The notes: generated by a model not told the origin, from the sequence alone. Shown: positions 15,963 to 25,577, numbered from the stretch's first letter. The stretch is DNA of 40,691 nucleotides from Phycisphaerales bacterium (GCA_018645065.1 JABGPF010000003.1:5971-46661), one strand, 5' to 3'. Translations and numbers: made by a program.

Positions 15963-18900
15963 ATGCTAAACAAGTTGCAAACGTATCTTTTGTGCACCAT
16001 CTGCTTGACGATCATCGCCGCGGCGACGTTGCCTGCCGACGCGGGCGACTGGCCTCAGCAGCGTTACAATAACGCAAAAACCGCTGTGGTTGCAGACGCG
16101 CCGCCAAGCGATTTGAAACTCATCTGGACGCGTGATCTGGGCAAGCCGAAACCCGCCTGGCCGCTAAGTCAGGAACGGCTCCGATTCGATACGTCATACC
16201 ATCCGATTATCGCCGGGAAGCTAATGTTCATCGGTTCGATGGTCACCAGTTCGGTTACCGCATACGATACCGAAACAGGCGTCGAGAAATGGCGGTTCTA
16301 CACTGGCGGGCCGGTGCGATTCGCCCCGATGCACAATAAGGGCAAGCTGTACTTTACCTCTGATGACGGGCATCTTTATTGCTTAAACGCCGCCGACGGT
16401 AAGTTGAATTGGAAGTTCCGCGGTGGACCTGGAGGGCAGAAAATTCTCGGTAATGATCGTCTGATCAGCATGTGGCCGGCCCGCAGCAGCGCGATGGTGT
16501 TCGAAGGCAAGGTTTACTTCGGTGCGGGTATCTGGCCGTTTATGGGAACGTTTCTGCACTGTATCGACGCAGAGAGCGGTAAGGCGATCTGGACCAAGAG
16601 CGGGCTGAAGTGGCAGGACTTGCCTCACAGCGGGGCGACTGCGTTTTCGTCGATCGCACCGCAGGGTTATATCGCTATCGAAGGTGATAATTTGTACGTG
16701 CCGTGCGGTAGGGCGATCCCGGCTGTGTTTGATCGGATCACGGGCCAGCTGGTCTACTTCAAACAGGCGTCCGGTAAGCGGGGCGGCGGGGTGTATGTAA
16801 CCGTATTCAAAGATCACTATTGGGTCCCGAACTTCATCACGAACAAGAAAGACGGGAAAGGAGCCACAGGCGCCTGCCTCAGCGGAGTGTTCGCAGAAGA
16901 CGCCGTCTACAGCGTTTCGGAAAAGGGGCTCGAAGTCTGCAATACCAAACCCGAGAAGATCAGCCGCTACATCTTCAAAGATGGGCGGAAAACCAAGATC
17001 ACCGATCTGAGATATCGCCCGATGCAGGTAGCCCAATTTGATCCGACGATTACGGATGTGCATTTCAAAGCCGGTGATTTACTCTACGCATCGGCTGCGG
17101 ATAACATGGTTGTCGCTATCGATGTCTCGAAGAGCAATGAACCGAAAATAGCCTGGAAAGCCAAGGCCGGCGGTGACGTCTGGACGATGATCACCGGCGA
17201 CGATAAGGTTGTCGCCGTCACGGTCGACGGGAAAATCAGCTGCTACGGTAAAGGCGACGCCAAGGCTGTGACCCACGAAGTAGCGGCAGCGGGGAAGAGC
17301 GAAGAAAACGCGAAATGGGCGTCGGCTGTTAAGAAGGCGATCGACGCTGCCGGGACTGACGAAGGCTATTGCGTACAGTTGGGTATCGGCGACGGCGGGA
17401 TGCTTGGCGAACTTATCAGGCAGTCGAAGTATCAGATTATAGTAGTCGACAGCGACGCGAGAAAAGTTGACGTGTTGCGGAGGCGAATGGAGGGCGGCGG
17501 GCTGTACGGGCGGCGCGTTTCGGCGTTTGTGGGCAAGCCGAATACGTTCGAGTTGCCGCAGTATTTGGCGAATCTGGTGATCTCTCCGTCGGCGGATTTA
17601 GCTGGCGATTGCAAAGAGGGGAGTCGGCCCGCACGAGCATTGCGGCCTTACGGCGGAGTGCTCTGCATCGCTGGCGATGGTGAAGAAATGAAAGTGGTTA
17701 TGGAGCGCAAAGGCTCCCTGCCCGGTAGCGGAAGCTGGACGCACCATGACGGCGATGCAAGCCGGACCGTGGTCTCGAAGGACAAGCTCAAACTGCCGCT
17801 TGGTTTGCTCTGGTTCGGCGGTCCGTCGAACGATGCGATTCTTCCCCGTCACGGGCACGGACCCTCGCCGCAGGTTGTCGGCGGGCGACTGTTCATCGAA
17901 GGACGCAATGTTCTGCGTGCGGTCGATGTCTACACCGGCAGGCTGCTATGGCAACGGGAGATCAAGGATATCGGGCTCTTTTACGATAACACGGATCATC
18001 ATCCCGGAGCCGGGCAGATCGGAAGTAACTACGTTTCCATGCTCGACGGGGTGTATGTAATTACCCCGCAGGCCTGCCAGGTTCTTGATCCGGCGACCGG
18101 GAAAACTGTGCGAACTTTCACGCTTCCGGACGAGGACAAATGGGGCTGGATCGCGATCGATGGAGACTTGCTGATCGCCGCGGCCAAGCCGCTTAACGTC
18201 CATCCGCCCAAACTCAAGAGGGGCAAGAAGTATCCCAAAGTGGTGCCCGGAAAACCGTTTGATAAAATCCTCGGTGTGGAACAAAACGCCGATTATGCGT
18301 CCTCGTCCAAGAAGCTCGTGGTAATGGATCGCAAGACAGGCAAGGTGCTCTGGTCGCGCGATGCGGTCTCCAACTTTCGTCACAACGCGATAACGCCGGC
18401 TGACGGGAAAGTGTTTTGCATAGACGCGATGAGTAAGGGGAAAATCGGCTGGCTGAAACGCCGCGGACTAACGATTGAACGCCCGGCGACGCTGTACGCA
18501 CTCGACGCGGAAACCGGTGACGTGATCTGGAAGACCGACGAAGATGTGTTCGGTACGTGGCTGTCGTATTCCCAGGAGCATGATTTGCTGATCCAGGCGG
18601 GAAGTAAATATCGCGATCGGGCCTTCGACGAGGCCAGCGGCGGGGTTGCAGTTTACCGAGCGAAAACCGGCAAGGTGGTCTGGAAGGATCTGAAAATGCG
18701 CCCCGGCGGACCGCTGATGGTTTACCACGATTGCCTGATCTCAAACGGTTCGGGCGGATATGCTCTGGACATTATGACTGGTGAGAAAACCGGTATGGAG
18801 TGGCGCCGAAAGTACGGATGCAACACCGCGGTCGCTTCGGAGAATATGCTGACGTTCCGATCGGGAGCGGCGGGTTACTACGATCTGAAGAACCATAGCG

Positions 18901-19622
18901 GGACGGGCAACTTCGGTGGATTCAAGTCGAGCTGCACCGCTAACCTGATAGTTGCCGACGGCGTGCTGAACGCACCGGACTACACGCGAACATGCACCTG
19001 CAGCTACCAGAACCAAACGTCGCTGGCGTTGGTCCACATGCCGGGCGTCGAACAGTGGACTTATAACGCAAAGGAACTGCTGCCAGGGCGAAGTGTCGGC
19101 TTGAACTTCGGGGCTCCGGGAGATTCTCTTGCCGCCAGCGGTACGTTCTGGCTGGACATGGGTGAAGATGGAAACAAAAAGCCCAAGGATTTCAGAGAAC
19201 CAAATCCGAATAAACCGTTCAAGCCTTATATGTTCATCGATATCGACGGGAAGAAAGCCGAATGCTACGGGCATCACTCTTCGATGTTCGCCAAGTCGCC
19301 TTACAATTGGGTGGGCGCTTCAGGAATCATCGGGGCGTCAACCATCGAGATTGACACGAACATCACGACCGTTGCGGTGCGATTATACTTCGCAGAACCG
19401 GGCGCAAAAGCCAAAACCGGACAGCGAGTTTTCTCCGTCTCGATTGACGGGACAGAAGTGCTGAAAGATTTTGATGCGACCTCGGCTGCCGGTGGCGCTA
19501 GAAAAGTGATCGCAAAAGAGTTTAAATATTCAAAGACAGACAAGCCGATCGAAATAAAACTCACCGCCTCGACGGGCAAGACCCTGCTGTGCGGTATCGA
19601 GTTGATAGTCGAAAAGAAGTAA
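15963..19622 (+). CDS. Secreted multidomain protein: PQQ-type beta-propeller, methyltransferase-like Rossmann segment, second propeller, malectin-like domain
   Basis: Signal peptide ADA-GDWPQ. Repeated AxDxxTGxxxW blades. GYCVQLGIGDGG...IIVVDSD segment. C-terminal VRLYFAEP...GQRVFSVSIDG..VLKDFD...LCGIEL. Confidence 0.85.
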   Translation: MLNKLQTYLLCTICLTIIAAATLPADAGDWPQQRYNNAKTAVVADAPPSDLKLIWTRDLGKPKPAWPLSQERLRFDTSYHPIIAGKLMFIGSMVTSSVTAYDTETGVEKWRFYTGGPVRFAPMHNKGKLYFTSDDGHLYCLNAADGKLNWKFRGGPGGQKILGNDRLISMWPARSSAMVFEGKVYFGAGIWPFMGTFLHCIDAESGKAIWTKSGLKWQDLPHSGATAFSSIAPQGYIAIEGDNLYVPCGRAIPAVFDRITGQLVYFKQASGKRGGGVYVTVFKDHYWVPNFITNKKDGKGATGACLSGVFAEDAVYSVSEKGLEVCNTKPEKISRYIFKDGRKTKITDLRYRPMQVAQFDPTITDVHFKAGDLLYASAADNMVVAIDVSKSNEPKIAWKAKAGGDVWTMITGDDKVVAVTVDGKISCYGKGDAKAVTHEVAAAGKSEENAKWASAVKKAIDAAGTDEGYCVQLGIGDGGMLGELIRQSKYQIIVVDSDARKVDVLRRRMEGGGLYGRRVSAFVGKPNTFELPQYLANLVISPSADLAGDCKEGSRPARALRPYGGVLCIAGDGEEMKVVMERKGSLPGSGSWTHHDGDASRTVVSKDKLKLPLGLLWFGGPSNDAILPRHGHGPSPQVVGGRLFIEGRNVLRAVDVYTGRLLWQREIKDIGLFYDNTDHHPGAGQIGSNYVSMLDGVYVITPQACQVLDPATGKTVRTFTLPDEDKWGWIAIDGDLLIAAAKPLNVHPPKLKRGKKYPKVVPGKPFDKILGVEQNADYASSSKKLVVMDRKTGKVLWSRDAVSNFRHNAITPADGKVFCIDAMSKGKIGWLKRRGLTIERPATLYALDAETGDVIWKTDEDVFGTWLSYSQEHDLLIQAGSKYRDRAFDEASGGVAVYRAKTGKVVWKDLKMRPGGPLMVYHDCLISNGSGGYALDIMTGEKTGMEWRRKYGCNTAVASENMLTFRSGAAGYYDLKNHSGTGNFGGFKSSCTANLIVADGVLNAPDYTRTCTCSYQNQTSLALVHMPGVEQWTYNAKELLPGRSVGLNFGAPGDSLAASGTFWLDMGEDGNKKPKDFREPNPNKPFKPYMFIDIDGKKAECYGHHSSMFAKSPYNWVGASGIIGASTIEIDTNITTVAVRLYFAEPGAKAKTGQRVFSVSIDGTEVLKDFDATSAAGGARKVIAKEFKYSKTDKPIEIKLTASTGKTLLCGIELIVEKK

Positions 19623-19632
19623 CCTCGGACGA

Positions 19633-21168
19633 ATGGAAAGCAAAATGATCCGACAAACAGCACTGTCATTGGTAGCGATTACGTGTTTCGCGGCGGCTGG
19701 GTTCGCAGGCGATCAGCCCCAGTGGGGCCGGAAACACACGCGGAACATGGTCTCTGACGAGAAGGGCTCGTACTACGGGTTTTCCACTGAGGACAAGGGC
19801 AAGGGCGTGAAGTGGACCGCGCGTTTGGGGTCGATAACTTACGCTAGCCCGATAGTGGCCCAGGGGAAAATACTCATTGGCGGCAACAATAGTTACGCTC
19901 GCGACGAGCGGCATCGAGGTGATAGGGGCTTGTTGTTGTGTTTTAACGAAGCTGATGGGAAGTATCTGTGGCAACTTATGGTTCCTAAGCTCAAGTCCGT
20001 CCGATACGGTGACTGGCATCGCTGCGGGATATCTTCGTCACCGGTTGTTGAAGACTCGAAGGTGTACGTGACAACCAATCGTTGCGAGGTGCTGTGCCTG
20101 GACATCAACGGACTGGCCGACGGAAACGCCGGGCCCTACAAGGACGAAGGTAAACACATGGCCGCTCCCGGTCAGGAAGCCTTCAAAGCCCTGAAAACCG
20201 ACGCCGATATTATCTGGCGATTGGACATGAAGGCTGATCCCATCGGAGCCGTTCCGCATAACGCGACGAACTGTTCGATCCTGCTCGATGGCGATCTGCT
20301 GTACGTTTCGACGGCTAATGGTGTGGGATGGACGCACCGGGAAGTAACGAACCCCAAGGCGCCGAGCATAATTGTGGTCAACAAAAAAACGGGCAAGCTT
20401 GTCGCGGTCGATAACGCGAATATTGGCCCGGATATTTTTCATGGGCAGTGGTCCTCGCCCTCGCTTGGCAAGGTTGGCGATACCAGGCAGATATTTTTCG
20501 GCGCTGGCGACGGGCTCTGTTACGGGTTCGACGCTCTGGACCCGAAGCTAAGCAGCGAGGGCAATACGCTCAAGATGCGATGGAAGTTCACCTGCGACAC
20601 CACCGCACGCAAAGTCGAGGGTGGCGCCAGCAGCTATCCCAAGGCTCCCGACAGCCCCACGGTTATCGTATCAATGCCCGTGTTCTACAAGAATCGCGTG
20701 TATGTTGCCGCTGGCGGCGATCCGTGGCACGGAAAGCGTCTAGGCGGGTTGTATTGCATTGACGCGACAAAAACAGGCGATATCACCAAAACAGGTAAGA
20801 TATGGTCTTACATGGGGTTAGGACAGTCGATCTCCACCGTGTCGATTAGCGACGGACTGCTCTACATCACCAGTTACGACGGGCGCATTCACTGCCTCAA
20901 CGCCGAAACGGGCAAGCTACAATGGGCCCACGACACCCGAGGCGAGATATACGGTTCGACTATGATCGCCGATGGCAAGGTCTATTTCGGCGCCGGCGGC
21001 AGGGGGCGTTCGACGCTCTGGGTGTTTGACGCCGCTAAGAAAAAGAAGATCATCGCACGCATTCCTCTCGATTCGGTTATCCACTCCACGCCGACTTTCG
21101 CAAACGGCGTGATGTACGTAGCCACCGGTAGAACGCTGTACGCAGTCGAAGGTAAATCCGCCAAATAG
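19633..21168 (+). CDS. Secreted PQQ-type (BamB-like) beta-propeller protein
   Basis: Signal peptide GFA-GDQPQWG. Blades CFNEADGKYLW, CLNAETGKLQW and SSPVV; HSTPTFANGVMYVAT. Confidence 0.85.
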   Translation: MESKMIRQTALSLVAITCFAAAGFAGDQPQWGRKHTRNMVSDEKGSYYGFSTEDKGKGVKWTARLGSITYASPIVAQGKILIGGNNSYARDERHRGDRGLLLCFNEADGKYLWQLMVPKLKSVRYGDWHRCGISSSPVVEDSKVYVTTNRCEVLCLDINGLADGNAGPYKDEGKHMAAPGQEAFKALKTDADIIWRLDMKADPIGAVPHNATNCSILLDGDLLYVSTANGVGWTHREVTNPKAPSIIVVNKKTGKLVAVDNANIGPDIFHGQWSSPSLGKVGDTRQIFFGAGDGLCYGFDALDPKLSSEGNTLKMRWKFTCDTTARKVEGGASSYPKAPDSPTVIVSMPVFYKNRVYVAAGGDPWHGKRLGGLYCIDATKTGDITKTGKIWSYMGLGQSISTVSISDGLLYITSYDGRIHCLNAETGKLQWAHDTRGEIYGSTMIADGKVYFGAGGRGRSTLWVFDAAKKKKIIARIPLDSVIHSTPTFANGVMYVATGRTLYAVEGKSAK

Positions 21169-21279
21169 GCGGCCGCCGGGGCGACATATCACTCTATAAT
21201 GAAAAAAAACTGCCTCAGCACGTGCGCAAACTGAGGATATGCTTGAAAGATGGCGCCGGGAGCATAATATCTTAGAGAA

Positions 21280-22596
21280 ATGAGTGATACTAAATTACAG
21301 ATAGCGTTGGATTTCCTTGAACTGCCCCGCGCGATGGATGTCGCGAAGCTCGCCGTCGCCGGTGGAGCCGACTACATCGAAGCCGGTACGCCGCTTATTA
21401 AGTCCGAAGGACTCGACGCGGTAAGGCGCCTGAGGGAAACATTCCCGAACAAAACGATCATCGCGGACATGAAAACGATGGACGCCGGAAAGATAGAAGC
21501 CCAGGCCGCTGCAAACGCCGGAGCAAATATCATAACCGTTTCGGGAACCGCGTCCTTGTCGACGATCAAGGAATGCGTTGAAGTCGGCGCGCACTACGGG
21601 ATTGAAGTGGCTGTCGATCTGCTCGGTGTGGAAGATCCCGTTGCGTTTGCTTCCCAAGCCGGCGATCTCGGCGTGGCGTGGCTCGATGTGCATTGTCCTA
21701 TCGATCAGCAGATGTCCGGGCAAGATCCGCTGGCGGTGCTGAAACAAGTTCGCGGCGCGACAGATCTGATACTCGCAGTCGCAGGCGGGATAAATAGCGA
21801 AACCGCTGCGCTGGCGGTCGCCGCCGGCGCCGACGTGGTTATTGTCGGCGGGGCGATCACCAAAGCTGTAGACCCCACCCAAGCCACCGCCGATATTCTC
21901 AAGGCGATCGAATCGGGCCAGGGCGTTGCAAGCGAACTGTTCAAACGAGTGTCAGCCGACACCATCCGCCAGGCGCTGCAGGCGGTTCGCACATCAAATA
22001 TCTCAGACGGAAGCCACCGTCTGGAGTGTCTTGAAGGGATCAAACCGCTGGCTCCGGGGCAGTTTGCCTGCGGGCCAGCAGTTACCGTGCGAACATTCCC
22101 GGGCGACTGGGCCAAGCCGGTTGAGGCTATCGACATCGCCCAGGCAGGCGATATGATCGTGATTGACGCGTGTGGGAAAGCTCCGGCGATATGGGGCGAA
22201 CTGGCCACCGAGAGTGCAAAGGCCAAAGGGATATCCGGGCTCGTCGTTGACGGTGCGGTTCGCGACACGGCCGATATCCGCAAGCTCGGGTTCGACGTCT
22301 GGACGCGACACGTAACCAGCCACGCGGGCGATCCGTACGGGCAGGGTGAAATCAATCAACCAATAAAAGTAGGCGGGCAAACCGTCGCACCGGGCGACTG
22401 GATAGTCGCAGACGATGACGGTGTGATGGTGCTGCCGAAGGCGAAAGCTGTCGAAATGGCGAATCGGGCGGCAAACGTGCTGGAAGCCGAGAACCGAATC
22501 CGTCAGGAAATTCGCGACGGAAAAGGAACGCTCGGGCAGGTTATTAATCTGTTACGTTGGGAAAAACAAGGAGGCGGCGGTGCCATCACGGGATAA
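21280..22596 (+). CDS. hxlA: 3-hexulose-6-phosphate synthase fused to an RraA/MenG (HMG-aldolase-like) domain
   Basis: HPS motifs LQIALD, IEAGTPLIKSEG, ADMKTMDAG, AVAGGI and VIVGGAIT. RraA motifs GPAVTV, AIWGELAT, VVDGAVRD and PGDWIVADDDGV. Confidence 0.9.
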   Translation: MSDTKLQIALDFLELPRAMDVAKLAVAGGADYIEAGTPLIKSEGLDAVRRLRETFPNKTIIADMKTMDAGKIEAQAAANAGANIITVSGTASLSTIKECVEVGAHYGIEVAVDLLGVEDPVAFASQAGDLGVAWLDVHCPIDQQMSGQDPLAVLKQVRGATDLILAVAGGINSETAALAVAAGADVVIVGGAITKAVDPTQATADILKAIESGQGVASELFKRVSADTIRQALQAVRTSNISDGSHRLECLEGIKPLAPGQFACGPAVTVRTFPGDWAKPVEAIDIAQAGDMIVIDACGKAPAIWGELATESAKAKGISGLVVDGAVRDTADIRKLGFDVWTRHVTSHAGDPYGQGEINQPIKVGGQTVAPGDWIVADDDGVMVLPKAKAVEMANRAANVLEAENRIRQEIRDGKGTLGQVINLLRWEKQGGGGAITG

Positions 22597-23131
22597 AGAA
22601 GCTGTCCAGGCTGCTGGTAAAGGGCTGCTGGACTACATAGGCGGTGTTATGGAAGAGGCCGACTGGGGCGGGTTCGTAGAACTTGCCGACATGGTCCCTC
22701 AGGTCGACAGGACATTCCTTACTGGCGCAGGCAGGAGCGGATTGGTGGCTCGGAGTTTCGGTATGCGACTGATGCATGCGGGGCTTCCAGCTTTTATTCC
22801 GGGCGAAACTGTTACCCCCGCAGCCGGTGAGGGCGACTTGCTCGTCGGCGTGAGTTGCACAGGTACGACGGGCTACACCGAGTACCTCGCAAGACGTGCT
22901 CGCGAGCTGGGCGCCAAGGTTATTGTTATAACTGCCGAGGCCAAGTCGCCGATGGCGCTGGGCGCGCACAAAGTCATTACCGTACCCGCGCGGGGCAGTA
23001 ATATTGTGGTTAGGGCGGCTGTTTTTGAACACGCAGCCAGCCTGTGTCTCGACGCGGTTTTCAATATTCTGGTCGATCGACTGAAAATAGACCCCGCGTC
23101 ATTGCGGCAGCGTCATGCGAATCTCGAATAG
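22580..23131 (+). CDS. hxlB: 6-phospho-3-hexuloisomerase (SIS domain)
   Basis: GAGRSGLVARSFGMRLMH, GETVTPA and C-terminal RHANLE. GTG start with GGAGG RBS overlapping hxlA. Confidence 0.88.
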   Translation: MPSRDKEAVQAAGKGLLDYIGGVMEEADWGGFVELADMVPQVDRTFLTGAGRSGLVARSFGMRLMHAGLPAFIPGETVTPAAGEGDLLVGVSCTGTTGYTEYLARRARELGAKVIVITAEAKSPMALGAHKVITVPARGSNIVVRAAVFEHAASLCLDAVFNILVDRLKIDPASLRQRHANLE

Positions 23132-23220
23132 GGACCGTGTCCTAAGATTTGTTAAAATAAACAGTTATAATCGATGGATTGTGAGCCGTTTCTAACTGCC
23201 CTCAGGCAGTAAGAATTGCC

Positions 23221-23248
23221 TTGCATGGGCTCGACGCAGGTATATAAT
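23221..23248 (+). promoter_or_regulatory. Candidate sigma70 promoter
   Basis: TTGCAT-N16-TATAAT, 41 nt upstream of ATG 23290. Confidence 0.55.
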
Positions 23249-23289
23249 TGCAAGGGCAGGCGGATTTTTAACGCCGTTGCGGGATAGAT

Positions 23290-23682
23290 ATGTCTGAAAT
23301 ATGCGACAAAACTAGAATCGAAATGCGAGCATCCATGATGCAATGGGTTATCGTGGTGTTGCTTACGGTGATCGCAACCTGCCTGCTTATCGAGGTGGGG
23401 TTGGGAACATCGCCTGCTACTGCGCAAGTTACTTCCGTTGGCGGAGGTGATGTGCTGGTCGTGGGCGGGCAGATCACAAAAGATTCGTATGGCCTGTATC
23501 TGGTTGACACCAAAAGACAGGCGTTGTGCGTGTATCAATGGTTGCCCGGAACGAGAAAACTGCGTCTGATGGCCGCTCGTAACTTTAACTACGACGTGCA
23601 ACTCGACCAGTACAATGCAGACAAGCCCACGCCCGGTGAAGTGAAAAGCCTCGTCGAGCAGAACAAACGATTGGGCTCTTAA
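23290..23682 (+). CDS. Small exported or membrane-anchored hypothetical protein
   Basis: N-terminal hydrophobic helix ending ATAQ, then a beta-rich domain YGLYLVDTKRQALCVYQW...LRLMAARNFNYD. Start codon uncertain. Confidence 0.7.
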   Translation: MSEICDKTRIEMRASMMQWVIVVLLTVIATCLLIEVGLGTSPATAQVTSVGGGDVLVVGGQITKDSYGLYLVDTKRQALCVYQWLPGTRKLRLMAARNFNYDVQLDQYNADKPTPGEVKSLVEQNKRLGS

Positions 23683-23758
23683 TTTATAAACAAAGACAGG
23701 CGATTTCGGACTATCCGATCGCCAGCTATTAGGATCAGCCGACAGGAGTTGGATACCA

Positions 23759-24649
23759 ATGGCCCGTAAGATGTATTATAGCGAACAGGAAGCCGCCGAT
23801 TTACTTGGCGTCAGCGTCGTTCAATTGGATCAATACGTTCAAGAGCAAAAATTGCATGTCTTCAAAGACGGCAATAAAAACATGTACAAAGGCGACGAAG
23901 TTGAAACTCTCGCCGATGACGCTCTTGGAAACGCAGACCCAATGGCGCAAACCGTTATCGACGACGTAGAAGAAATTGAGCTTACGCCCGCAGAGGGTTC
24001 GCTCGGTGACGCCGACCCGATGGCCAGGACCGTTATGGACACTCCTGACGCGGTGACGCTTTCAGACGCCGATGACCTCGGACCCACAGGTGGTAAGGAA
24101 GACACAGTCATCACCGCTGAGGGTATCAGTATCTTCGATGAAGAAGACCTGGAAATCGAAACCGCTGACCCAATGGCCAAAACGCAAATCGCGCCAAGCC
24201 TCGAAGACCAAATCGCCCTCGACGGTGTTGGAAGCGGTTCTGGACTGCTGGATCTGACACAGGAAAGCGACGACACCTCGCTCGGCGCTGAACTGCTGGA
24301 TCATATCGATATCGAAGAACCGGACGAACCTGTCGAGTTTGACGCCGTAAGCCAGGGCGCCGTCGCCGTTCAACCGGTTGCTACTGAATATGTAGTCGAT
24401 TCCGATAACGTCAGCGAGGCGCCCGACCCGCTTTCCGGACTGTTCACCGGAATACTCGTAGGGTGTGCTGCTGTGGCGATGCTTATGGGCGCAATCACAA
24501 TTGCCGCCATAATGGATGTCGCGCCTGAGTACATACAAACGATGAATAATAAGCTCACTATGGTCATGGCTGCGGGCGCAGGATTTGCCGTTGTCGCCGG
24601 AGCCGTAGGTCTGATGCTGGGAAAGGCTAGTGCGTCACGACGCATATAG
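23759..24649 (+). CDS. Excisionase/MerR-like HTH, acidic repeat linker and two C-terminal TM helices
   Basis: AGGAG RBS. YYSEQEAADLLGVS...L.VFKDG...MYK is an HTH_17-like start. D/E-rich linker with three ADPMAxT copies, then two hydrophobic helices. Confidence 0.8.
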   Translation: MARKMYYSEQEAADLLGVSVVQLDQYVQEQKLHVFKDGNKNMYKGDEVETLADDALGNADPMAQTVIDDVEEIELTPAEGSLGDADPMARTVMDTPDAVTLSDADDLGPTGGKEDTVITAEGISIFDEEDLEIETADPMAKTQIAPSLEDQIALDGVGSGSGLLDLTQESDDTSLGAELLDHIDIEEPDEPVEFDAVSQGAVAVQPVATEYVVDSDNVSEAPDPLSGLFTGILVGCAAVAMLMGAITIAAIMDVAPEYIQTMNNKLTMVMAAGAGFAVVAGAVGLMLGKASASRRI

Positions 24650-24725
24650 CCGATATACTCGATAACCGGTTGTTTGACCGGTTATATTGAGAAGGACCTC
24701 GGATTTATTGGAAAGGATTACGGAA

Positions 24726-25577
24726 ATGAAGAACAAACTGATGCTCCCAGTTGGTCTGCTGTTGCTGGCAGGCATGCTCACCGCAGGCGGATGTGCAGCG
24801 AAAAGCGATCTGGCCAAGGCTCACGATCTGAACCGAAAAAGTAACGATCTGAGAATGGAGGCCGAAGCCAGAGCAAGACGCCTCGAAGGCGAAAAGAAAT
24901 CCATGCAGGATCAACTCGCTATCTTGCAGGCACAGGCACGCAAAGCTGAAAACGATGCAGCCGCACTGGCCGCAGCAAGAGCAGACCTGCAAACCAGGTT
25001 CGATAAACTGGCTGAAGAACTCAAAAACCAGAAAACCACAGCTCCCGTCATGCCTGAACTGATCAGCATGCTCCCGACGCGGGTTAACAAAGCCCTTCAG
25101 GCGTTTGCAGCAGCTAATCCCGGACTCGTCGAATACGACTCTCGTCACGGTATGGTCAAAATCAAGTCAGACCTGACGTTCGCACTCGGTTCGACGACGG
25201 CTACCCAAAGTGCCGTTGCAGCCCTCACAAAGCTTGTGGGCATCATTAACGATCCCGTGATCGCAGGGTATCACGTATACATCGCCGGGCATACCGATAA
25301 TGTCAGGATCAGGAAGCCTGAGACCAAGAAACGTCATCCGGACAACTGGTATCTCTCAGTACACCGGGCCGTTGCGATCAAGAAGGTTATGCAGACAGCA
25401 GGCCTGGCTCCGGCGCGAATCGGCGTTATGGGATTCGGTGAATATCACCCGGTCGCCACTAATAAAGCCAGAGGTGGTAATGTACGTAACCGGCGTGTGG
25501 AAATCTGGATCGTCCCGCCGGACCGTTTCCTGACTAGTTCATCCGGCGGCGCCGCTGCCGTTGTCGATGAAAAGTAG
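24726..25577 (+). CDS. OmpA/MotB-family peptidoglycan-binding lipoprotein with an N-terminal coiled coil
   Basis: Lipobox AGGC. Motifs F.LGS, IAGHTDN, NWYLSVHRA.AI, GFGEYHPV..N and NRRVEI. Confidence 0.9.
   Translation: MKNKLMLPVGLLLLAGMLTAGGCAAKSDLAKAHDLNRKSNDLRMEAEARARRLEGEKKSMQDQLAILQAQARKAENDAAALAAARADLQTRFDKLAEELKNQKTTAPVMPELISMLPTRVNKALQAFAAANPGLVEYDSRHGMVKIKSDLTFALGSTTATQSAVAALTKLVGIINDPVIAGYHVYIAGHTDNVRIRKPETKKRHPDNWYLSVHRAVAIKKVMQTAGLAPARIGVMGFGEYHPVATNKARGGNVRNRRVEIWIVPPDRFLTSSSGGAAAVVDEK

Noticed and set aside
15963-21168. bamB or PQQ-dependent dehydrogenase assignment
   Set aside because: Only generic propeller blades are visible. There is no lipobox or bam context, no pqq genes, and no dehydrogenase-specific motifs that I can identify.
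24726-25577. Flagellar stator motB
   Set aside because: It has a lipoprotein signal instead of the Asp-containing MotB TM helix, and no motA is adjacent.
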